Assembly: GCF_006345805.1 (NCBI RefSeq) | Contig: NW_021833009.1 | Coordinates: forward strand, 56,017 to 120,016 | Length of the DNA stretch: 64,000 bases | DNA from: Octopus sinensis | Taxonomy: Eukaryota | Direction: 5' to 3' | In this document: piece by piece, positions 1 through 10,940 of the stretch | Layout: each line of letters begins with the position of its first letter | How positions within the stretch are numbered: position 1 is the first letter of the stretch | The notes under the pieces: model-generated | The model's database searches: none | What the model was told of the DNA's origin: nothing | The model's input: only the letters and a program-made list of their open reading frames with translations | Program-made: the position numbers and the translations under genes

Positions 1-182
1 TTCAAAAATCAGTTGCAGATGCACCAATCGTAGATAAATCAAAATTAAGATGGTTTAAAAAATACAAAAGGTATACAAAAACGAATATGAAAATGTCAAA
101 ATAATAAAAAAGATTGACTTTGAAGGAATAAAATCAAAATAAATCATACAAATGATAAAATTTCAAATTCTGAAATCAAAAA

Positions 183-460
183 GGGATCTCCTTCCTATCC
201 GGCCTTAGAAAGGCGTTACGTGGTCCACCAAATTCACTTGGAGATTTCGACTGGATTTGGAACGCCGAGGGGGCACCTAATGCTCACCGAAAAAGGACCA
301 ATAGCTCTCCTACCCCCTGGACATCGTCGTCGCAGGACGATGCACTTTGCATAGGATTGAACCTTCCGGAGGATCTCCGTCAAAGTGCGTCGGGATCACA
401 TGCTAATTAGTTCGGTCTTAACTGTGGTCTTGGTGTTTAATAAATAAATAAATAAATAAA
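183..460 (+). mobile_element. Short non-autonomous bipartite retroelement (LINE 5' end joined to LINE 3' end), (TAAA)n tail
   Basis: The 5' ~190 bp aligns by eye with the reverse complement of 23700-23897, which leads into an APE endonuclease. The 3' ~70 bp aligns with the reverse complement of 62685-62750 (LINE 3' end). A full-length homolog is at 54632-54905. Confidence 0.75.
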
Positions 461-942
461 GGAAGTGAAAGTTTATAATGATTTATTCCTTACAAATCAA
501 ATTAAATAAGTATGTAGCAAAGTACACATAAAACACCAACAAACTATGCCAACCATGCGTATCAGCGTGTTATAATTTATTGGCCTTACCTTTAAAAATA
601 GATTAACCATAGTGTAATAATTTTAATAAATATGAATTTTATTTATATTTTCAAAAAGATTCTCATGCCAATTCGCTAATCTAACATTCTATTATATAGA
701 GCTCTTTTAGTCATTCCGGCACTGGCCACACGAGCAGGCAGTGCAATAGATCATCCTCTTTCTTTTGTTCATCGTTTTGCATTTTCTGCAGATCTCATCT
801 TCTCTTGCAGTTTCTTGGATGTTCTTTTCAGATTTTTCCTTTCTTTTTTCTTTTCTTTTTTTCCTTCTTCTTAGACACAATAAATGGAACACACCATTAC
901 AACGTCACAGTGAAAGATCCATATTTTCACGAATTCTTTTCT

Positions 943-1560
943 TTACTTTAGCTTTGAATGAACAATAGACAGACATCCAATTTTTGAACGTCCTTCTTTA
1001 CGACGACAAAATAAATTAAAATTTGACTCATCTATCCAAATTATAGTTCTTCCTTTAGATCTCGCATTCAAAAGACGTGTTAAATAATCCATTCTTTTTA
1101 TTTTATTTTCCTCTGTATTCATGTTTATTGTGATTGGCCGAATTGATTTCAATGAAATTAATTGTCCATCAAGCCAATTTTTTACTGTATTTACACAAAC
1201 AGTAACATTGAATTGAGCTTGAATTTTTTCAGTACATTCGACCAGTGAGATCTGGCAATCACATTCAATCCAAGTTAATAGAGCAGATATAATTTCTTCA
1301 CTTTTTTTACTCCAAATCTTTCCTCCTTTAGGAAGTAATTCAATTTTTTTATTTTTAATCCAATAATATGCGGTCCTTTCTTTCACTCCAAAAGACCTGC
1401 ATAAAGAGCGCCAATCTCCATCTCTATCGTGTGTGTCTATGATCAATTTCCGTGTCTATGATCAATATTTTCCGTAATGTCCTCTTCCTTGTCTGTTTAT
1501 GCAAATGTCTTCTGTACCATTTTCTTGTGAATTTTCGGAGGCTTCTGGATTTTGTGCCAT
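943..1560 (-). mobile_element. IS630/Tc1-type transposase pseudogene (N-terminal HTH plus first catalytic Asp)
   Basis: GVKERTAYYWIK HTH and IIWIDESNFNL motif. A 19-nt internal duplication (1433/1452) shifts the frame after the ATG at 1560. Related to the transposase at 25160-25780. Confidence 0.8.
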
Positions 1561-1644
1561 TTTTAATTTAATTTTAAACGCAAAAATACTTTATATATAT
1601 TGTTTAAACGCATTAATGTTGCGTCAAGGTTATACAAAATGAAT

Positions 1645-1862
1645 TTGTAAAATTGAATTTCCTGCTAGCTAAAGTAATATTCCTACTAGCAAAATTGATT
1701 TTCCTAGCCGCAAATTTGATTTCCCACTTGCAAAACCGATTTTCATGACCGCAAATTAATTTTCTTGATTGTAAAATTGACTTTCTTAACCGCAAAAATC
1801 ATTTTTTACTTGCAGGAATGAGTTTACTGACCGCAAATTAAATTTCGTATTTGCAAAATAGA
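1645..1862. repeat. Degenerate 20-21 bp tandem repeat, about 10-11 units
   Basis: Units such as gcaaaattgattttcctagcc / gcaaatttgatttcccactt / gcaaaaccgattttcatgacc. Confidence 0.8.
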
Positions 1863-2019
1863 GTTGTAAATGGTATAGAGACTTTAAATATATATTAGAT
1901 AAACTAAGGAATCCTGGGTTATCATTTTTTTCAATATCTAGATCGAATTCGAGTTACTTTCAGAGTCCAAATATCGACATAATGTCAAAATTTTGCAAAC
2001 GACATGTCAATGAGACGAT

Positions 2020-2300
2020 CAGATTGTTAATTAATGGAAAAATTGTTTTGATTGTGGATGAGACTGATGTCGGTAAATAAAAATATGTAAATATTCTTAT
2101 TAAAAAAATAACGGATTCTCAAATCAGCTATATATCGATTGTAGAATGCATCATTATATGTCAAATTGTGGATGATACGATTTGAAGTGCAAGTGTTTAG
2201 AGGAAAAATTTTTACTTGTTATTAACTGGCATGGCAAAGTATACGATTTCAGCCAGAGAAAAGCTAAGCAATTTTTTTGCAATTTTTGTTTTTTCGACAG
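2020..2300 (+). mobile_element. Degraded hAT-like (DUF659-type) transposase relic
   Basis: Broken translation GKIVLIVDETDVGK*KYVNILI...NFYLLLTGMAKYTISAREKL resembles hAT DDE segments. Confidence 0.4.
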
Positions 2301-2469
2301 AGAATCTATTCATGACGACTCTTTATTTTGTTAGGAATTAACTGGGAGATCAATGGCTAGTGATATTTTTGATTTTTTTGGCTTTTTACGTGACAATCGT
2401 ATTCACTGGGATCAAGTTGGATCTATTTGTAGATATTAAAATAAAACAACGTTCTAGTTTTGTCAGATT

Positions 2470-2856
2470 GGTGAAAGAAATAGCAATTATTCTTCCCCAA
2501 TTGTATGGAGTTTACCAGAATTATCGATGAGTAAAGCAATATCATATAATGCAATAAGACCATCATCATTCCTTTTATTATCAGCAGTAAATATATTTGC
2601 CCATTTCTGTTGATTTTTATGTTTTTCATCATTAGGAGTTGTAGTGAAACCGTATTTTATATACATAGCATTTTCCTGATGAATTTTTCTACAAAATAAC
2701 ACGAGTTTTTAGAATAGGCTTTCAATTCTAAAAATCTAAATAATAATTTTCATTGCCCCCTTTAAATTTATATTGCATCCCAGTAAACGATTTAGTCATA
2801 AACGCCCCCTTAATAATTTTGTATCGCCCACTTTGGGAAACCCTGCTTTAGATGCT
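2470..2856 (-). mobile_element. hAT (Buster/Charlie-like) 5' end relic
   Basis: TIR-like CAGGGTTTCCCAAA at 2843-2856 on the minus strand; peptides YIKYGFT and LYDIALLIDNSGKLHTIGEE match the Buster N-terminus. Confidence 0.6.
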
Positions 2857-3149
2857 CCACTTCTTTTGTCCTGGCTTTAAAACGTTTGCAGTGTGTTCGC
2901 TCTTTATCATATTCTGTCTCTATTGCATGTAGATAATGTTTAATAGAATGTGAAGGGAATAATCGCTCAATTAGGTATTGCACTTTGTGCGCCTCTACAA
3001 TGCATTTATTTGTGAAACCTATCTTACTATACAACTCGTTCTGTTGGGGGATCTCCCCTTCAAAAACTAAAAAACTTAAATCCTTTCACCAAAAGCAACT
3101 GCGTATACTATGTGGGGTACAATGGCCCACACGGATCAACAATGGTATA

Positions 3150-3430
3150 CTTTACTGAGAATATTCAGTGCACATTGGAGGCCCGTTGGAGACTGTTTGA
3201 GCATGTCCTATGTATAAACCCGACGTCACCCGCAAATCTGAGTATGGAAGAATACTTTACTGCAAGTGGAAAGAAATTTCGGGGCGTTCGCGTACTAGAG
3301 ATGTTGAACGCAGACCTCAACTCAATCAACTGCAAGTTCAAAAATGGGGACAATCTGAACATAATGAAGAGTTTAGCATGCAACAGGGAAGGGTGGACAA
3401 GGATTATGAAAAAATCGTTTAAGTGCCGCA
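3150..3430 (+). mobile_element. LINE ORF2 C-terminal relic (RTE-like family)
   Basis: RWRLFEHVL..PANLSMEEYF..KFRG..LNADL..LACNREGW; same motif set at 48746-48949, 51666-51869 and 58080-58319. Confidence 0.65.
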
Positions 3431-3910
3431 CGTGTGGAAACATAACTAGTATGTTCTACGGCAGTTGCAATTAATAATAATACATAAACCAATGAATGCA
3501 CATTTTCAACAAGTAAAAGAACAGGAATCAACTGATTGTTATTTCTTCTGTATAGTTCTAGTTTTTTCAACCTGAGACATGAGACAGTCACACTATAGTG
3601 GTTTATTTATTAAATAATAGTTATTTTGGTAACAGGAGAATTGCAGTGGCAATGATTACATATTCCATCAGTTGAAAAGACATAAGGCGATTCGTCCACG
3701 CCTGTTATAAGGAAACATTTCTTAGCTTTCATGTGGGAATATGCAAACAAACTTAAAACAATTTTAGAACTAAATTATTTCCCCATAAATGAAAAGAAAT
3801 CTCAATTTATCATTCTGTGTTAATTAAACTAATCTCTACAAATTATTAGAATTATTAATTAATAATAAATAAATAATAAATATAACCACAAATAGTGAAC
3901 ACAACCCACA

Positions 3911-5279
<1,369 letters not shown>

Positions 5280-5378
5280 ATTTAATTTAATAAAATTATA
5301 AATTAATTATAAATTAAATACTTAATTGGTAAAGCAATTAAGGAATAGATATGAATTTCCAAATAAGATTATAATAAA

Positions 5379-6714
5379 ATGAGTGTTTCAGTGGTGTGTG
5401 ACAATGGAACTGGGGTATAGAATGATATATATAAAAGTATGTAAAATGTGGGTACAACACGGAGAACATCCCTCGACACGTATTCCCAGCAGTAGTAGGA
5501 TTCCCAGTAATCCGAGCAGACGTGAAGCAGGACAGTAGAGTGCGAATAAAAGTAAGAGTGTGTGTGAGTGAAGGACGTGATGGTGGGGTGGGAGGCAGCG
5601 GACAACCGTGCATACCTGTCTCTGAAGTACCCAATGGAGAACGGGATAATCCGTGACTGGGAGTGCATGACCCACCTGTATGACTACACATTCGGAGTGG
5701 ACTGCCTCAACCTGGAGTGCAAGGACACACGGATAATGCTGACGGAACCCCCCAGCAACCCCCTGAAGAACAGAGAGAAGATGGCGGAGGTACTCCCCGC
5801 TGACCACCCCAGCTCATGTTCGACAAGTACAACTTCCACAGTATATATGTGGCCATTCAGGCAGTGCTCACTTTGTACGCGCAGGGTAAGGAGGTGTGTG
5901 ATTGCAGGACTGTTTACTGGGATTGTGTTGGACGCAGGTGATGGAGTGAGTCACGTCTGTCCTGTCTATGAAGGGTGTTCTATTCCCAGTGCCATTATGA
6001 GACTCAACCTGGCTGGGAGGGATGTCAGTTCTCGTCTCCTCAAGGTTGGGGGGTGCCCTCACTCTAGCTCGTCCAACTCAGAGGATACAACCTCAACAGT
6101 CATGCCGACTTGCAGACTGTTGGAGAAATGAAGGAACAGTTGTGCTACGTCGCCTATGACATTGCCAAAGAACAGAAACTGGCCACCGACACTACTTTTG
6201 TCAGAGATAGCTACACGGTTGGCCTCTCTCCTCACTCACAGTTGCCTGATGGAAGGACTATCTCCATCGAGGAGGAACGCTTTATGGCTCCTGAGATCCT
6301 CTTCCATCCTCAACTCGTCGATATTGAACAGGGCGGAGTCCATTCCTTATGCTTCCAGTCCATCAATGTACAGAATGTTCTCGAATGTTCTAGAAATGTG
6401 ACATCGACGTCAGGACCAGTCTTCTTAAGGAAATCAACCTATCCGGAGGCACTACCATGCTCCCCGGATTCCCCTCTCGCCTAGAAAGGGAAATTAAACG
6501 TCTCCACTCTGAGAAAGTGGGCACTGCCAATGTTGAGTTGTCTTGTCATTGGCAGAAGACCCCCATTAACATTAAGGACCCCCCTTATAGGAAGAACTTG
6601 GTCTTCCAGGGGGCCGCAGTCCTGGCCGGGGTCATTCAGAACAATGACTCCGCCTGGGTCACCCAACAGGAGTATAGAGAGCAGGGAGTCAGGTGTATGG
6701 CTAAACTTAAATAA
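5379..6714 (+). CDS. ACTR2: Actin-related protein 2 (Arp2/3 complex subunit), multi-exon
   Basis: [81 protein letters not shown]. Confidence 0.92.
6372..6396. promoter_or_regulatory. Heat-shock-element-like array (5 alternating nGAAn/nTTCn) filling a 26-nt Arp2 intron
   Basis: agaat gttct cgaat gttct agaaa; intron 6368-6393. Confidence 0.45.
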
Positions 6715-6785
6715 GATTAATTTAATTTAAATCAGGATATATTTTAATTGGTTTTAATATAATAAAATAATTAAATATTCTGGTG

Positions 6786-9227
6786 ATGTTAGACGAGTCT
6801 TTTACTATTGGTGAACAGGCCAAGCAGAACGCACTAGCATCCATCAAAAACCTGTTTCAAGTACAACTAGTGAGTCATGTCACAGGACCCCAAACAATTA
6901 GACCGACTGGACCAAATAAAACTAAGAAATTCACAAAATCTTGTATTTATATAAAATAATGCAGAAAAATGCGGAATCAAACCTAAGAAAGTTTATTGAA
7001 TGTTATGTCAGTGATATTCGAACTGCCATTGATTTGTTAGAGACATCAAAGTCCAGTTATAACCAAGTCCTCGACTGGTTGTCCTCCCTTCCCTAAAGAC
7101 CAGCATGAACTCCATTGGGGAACAAGTCAAGGATTCTGTCCTCACATCCCCCGCCTTTGATAAACTTGCCCAGGAGAACATTGAGTATGAAAAGGTCACT
7201 TTTCTCCCACAACGACCTCCTAGTTAAAGTCAGCACTGTCCAATGCAGAAATCATCAACAAGGCCTCCTCCATGTTTGAAAATGCCCGCCAATTTATTAA
7301 AGCAGAGAACTTTCTGAGCGCACACGCAATGTAATTATTCCATTCTTTCTGGAACGTTCTGGAACATTCTAGAATGTTCTGGAATGTTATTGTGGTTATT
7401 TAGATTGATGGAATTGGAGCAATGTGGGCTCAATCTGGTGTCTGAGGGGGAACTGGATGGGAGGATCCTCACGTTCTTTGAAGACCTGGACAATATTGTG
7501 GAGGAACTGTTTGGAAGTCTGACAGTAGTGATTCGAAGACTGGTCCTCCACCTGAGGAGGTCTCCCTCTTCTGTGGTGACAGCAATCCGCATAATCGAAC
7601 GAGAGTGCAAGTATGTGTTTATATTAATGCAGAATTGATGCCAGTTTTGAGGAACTGTTCGAAAGGACAAACTTTAGACCAAAAGGACGACCAAAATGCC
7701 TGAGAAAACGTTTTTTCTCACTGATTGGTGAAAACATTGTGGAACGAGTGGAAGGGTGTCAAGTGGAGGACAGAGGGGAGGAGACGTGGATCCTAAAATA
7801 CCTGGAGAGTGTGGTGGAGGTGACGAAGGCGGACCTGTGTGTGATAGGAGTATATATAGTGGATAACCAGGCGTACAGTGAGGAATGTTTTCCCCGTGAG
7901 TACAACATGTTGAGTGAATACAGTGAGTGCTACCACAGGGTGGTGAGTGAGCGAGTATGTGTTGAGAATGAGGAGTAGTTGGAGTACTTGGTGAGTGAGG
8001 CAGAGGGCAATCAGATGCTGTCGTTGATTAATTGGTTGGACAAGGCAGTGTGAGTGAGTGAGTATATATAGCAGATGTGGGTGTTTTTTCGTGGATATAA
8101 AGGTGGGGTATGACTTTGGAGTGTGTGGGCCATTGGTGAGTGAGGAGGTGATGGAGGGACTGATGAGCAGATTCCTGGCCCACTACTCGGAGGAATTGGG
8201 GTGGTGTATGAGGAAGGGACTGGAACAGGACAGGGCGGACTGGCATTCGAGGACAGAGCCCGAGACCAATTCGAGTGATAAATATTTGACTTGTCTGTAC
8301 ATGTCAGTGGTGGGGATGCACGAACAACGATTGAGAGTGATAAGGCAAGTGGAGGGGTATCCTCTCCTGGGAAGGGCAATGGAAGTGTCCCTCCACTCCC
8401 TCATCTCCTTCCTCCCCCACTACAGACGTACTCCTCCTATATATAGTAGACGAGCTGACGTGTGTAATCCAACAACACGGGCAGGACAGGAGTGTGCCTC
8501 CCCTCTTCACCCACTACATGATTGCCAACTCCAATAACCTCCTCTACATGTCCTCTGCCCTCACCAGGCTCATTACTGGAGTGGACGTGCAGGTGTTTGA
8601 GAGTGCCTGTCAGTGTCTGTCCAGTCTGTGGTAGGCACTGTGCTAATGGACAGTCTACAGGCACTCTTCGACGAAGTGGTCCTCGATTTGGCCAAACTAT
8701 GTCGCCAGTTGGCCACCCACAGTGTGACCGACATCATTTGTGTCACCATCGAGGACTACTGGCAGCACTACTCCAAACTCTGTCACCCCACTCCCCTCCT
8801 CCACAGACTCAGAGACCACCTCCTGTTGGCCTATGTGGACGCACTGTACACACACACTCACATCCCTCAGCAAACTCAATTGGAAGAGGGCAGTAGTCCA
8901 TGTCCACAAGTTGGAGACGTTGTTTGGGCGGCTGGCCGACAGTCCCCTCCCTCCCCCTTCTTTCCACTTTTTGGATGACATGCTCAGACTGTTAAAGCAG
9001 GAGGACAGGTCGATGATGTTCATTGAGATCACAGTTGTGTCCTGTCTTATGTGTAGGAGTTTATTGACAAGTACGACCAGATCACCCCCGAACAGGTCGT
9101 GTCCATTGTCGCCATTCGAGATGACTTTAATAAGGCTGCTGTCAGGGATGTCCTCAGAGACACCTTCAGTCAAGACTTTCTTCACAAGACTAAGCCTGTC
9201 TCCGGATTCTTCTCCTTACTCCCTTGA
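6786..9227 (+). CDS. EXOC3: Exocyst complex component 3 (Sec6), multi-exon
   Basis: LFQDPKQLDRLDQ, FLSAHAILMELE, LRRSPSSVVTAIRIIERE and C-terminal FIDKYDQITPEQVVSIVAIRDD correspond to recalled EXOC3 motifs; internal exon boundaries are approximate. Confidence 0.82.
7346..7385. promoter_or_regulatory. Heat-shock-element-like array (8 perfect alternating pentamers) in an EXOC3 intron
   Basis: tttct ggaac gttct ggaac attct agaat gttct ggaat; intron 7331-7403. Confidence 0.5.
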
Positions 9228-9665
9228 CTATTTAATGCACTTTTTTGATGTTTTTTGGGGTTTGAAATATTAAATGTTAAATTGATGGGGTTAAACGAGT
9301 TGTTCTGTTTAAAATAATGAGTAATAATTAAATACATTATTGGTTGTGGGTCACTCTTGTGTGCTTGTTGGGTGTTGTTAAAAAATCAAAGGGAGATGCA
9401 ATTTAATGGAGATTAGAGGTATGAATAATTACAAATATATTTTATATTTATTCTAGTCATTATTTAGTTTTTATTTTAATTATTATTTGTAATTTCAACA
9501 ATATTTAATGTTGTAATTATACATACTGATTAATAAACAGTCAAATATCCACAAATTTGAATTTGCTTTATTTAAAATATATATTATTATTATTTTAATA
9601 TATTCCAGGTCGGTCTACCATTTAAAACTAACTGATTGAGCATACTATTACGTTATTCTTGTTGT

Positions 9666-10093
9666 ATGGTTATTACCTCGTTTGACTGTTTTGTAGGGCA
9701 TCGGAAAGTCTGGGAAATCCAAATCCAAGCCAATTTCTCGGTCAGTGAGAGCCGGCCTGATTGTACTCCTCCATTAGTCCACGTATTTAGTTCCCGGTTG
9801 GGAAGATCCACAACATGATGAAGGCACAATGTCCTGGGAAAACTCGTGTGGGAGTCACTGCCGCTGTGTATGCGTGTGCTGTGCTCGAGTATTTGGCTGC
9901 TGAAGTACTGGAGTTGGCGGGAAATGCGACGAAGGAGATGAAGGCCAGACGGGTGACTCCGAGACATCTTCTTTTGGCCATTCGGGGGGACGAGGAGTTG
10001 GATATTCTCATCAAGGCTACTATTTCCGGGGGAGGGGTCATGCCACAAGTCCACCGGTTTGTTATTCCCCAAGAGAAGCCACTTATGGAGTAA
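9666..10093 (+). CDS. H2A.Z: Histone H2A.Z/H2Av (divergent), 3 exons
   Basis: ATG 9666; introns 9669-9696 and 9763-9790 (28 nt each); [49 protein letters not shown]. Confidence 0.92.
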
Positions 10094-10639
10094 TTTGTTT
10101 TATCACTTTGGACTTTTTGTTTCCACTTTTGTTTAATTGTATTTATCATCACAATTTAATCAATACAAAGTAATTAAGACATCTCCATTTTTATTGTTCA
10201 TTACGTTGACTAGTGAGCACTTGATATATTCTTTTTTGCTTTTGTACGATATTGAGGCACTGGTTTTTTACTTGGGTTAGGTTGTCAAACATACTTTTTG
10301 TAATTTAGATAAGGTGAGAAGTGCTCCGCCGTTTTTGTTTCTATGCGGTTTTTAATAATTCAAAAGTGTAAAACAGTCACTTTGTCGAATAAATAAAATA
10401 AATTTATAACAGTACTAAACAAGTGCAGGTTGGTTATTGATACCAATAAAGCCTATTTTTGGATTTGCCATATAGTAAAGGGGAATACAATAAAACAGAA
10501 AATATCAAGTTAGAAATCTGCAGCTAATGAAAATAATCCTTTTCTGCCTAAATGGGACGAAATTGTTTCAAAGTACTACGAAAAACCACCCTGATTCCTT
10601 AGAATACAAAAGGCATATTATCCGGTCAGTTGTGCTTCG

Positions 10640-10940
10640 AAAAACAACGGAGAGCATTCAAGGGGAAAAACATAAGAGATGCCTGAAGTCGAACCCAAAT
10701 ACAGTATACTTTTTATCTGGAATTCAAATGGGTGACAAAAGACAATTACCAATTCTGGCTCCGGGACCGGGACCCTCACTTCTGGCTCCGGGACCCTCAC
10801 TTCCCTAAAGAAACTGGGACATCTTTGTTCTTCGCGGTCCAAGGACCCTAGGGAATTTACTTTCCTCATTCAGAGGATCCTGCTGGCTGTCATGCGTGGC
10901 AACAGCTGTTCCCTCCGTCTCGCTGGGAGAATTTATTAGT
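10640..10940 (+). mobile_element. CRE-clade LINE 3' end fragment (restriction-like endonuclease C-terminus)
   Basis: LKKLGHLCSSRSKDP-REFTFLIQRILLAVMRGNS. Confidence 0.65.

Noticed and set aside
707-892. K/E-rich ORF with a C..C..MIYC..C PHD-like string
   Set aside because: Short, low-complexity, flanked by TE relics and incomplete as a PHD finger; probably a transposon remnant.
5338-9273. Many overlapping antisense and alternate-frame ORFs in the gene islands
   Set aside because: Explained as shadows of GC-richer, stop-poor coding DNA of the genes called above.
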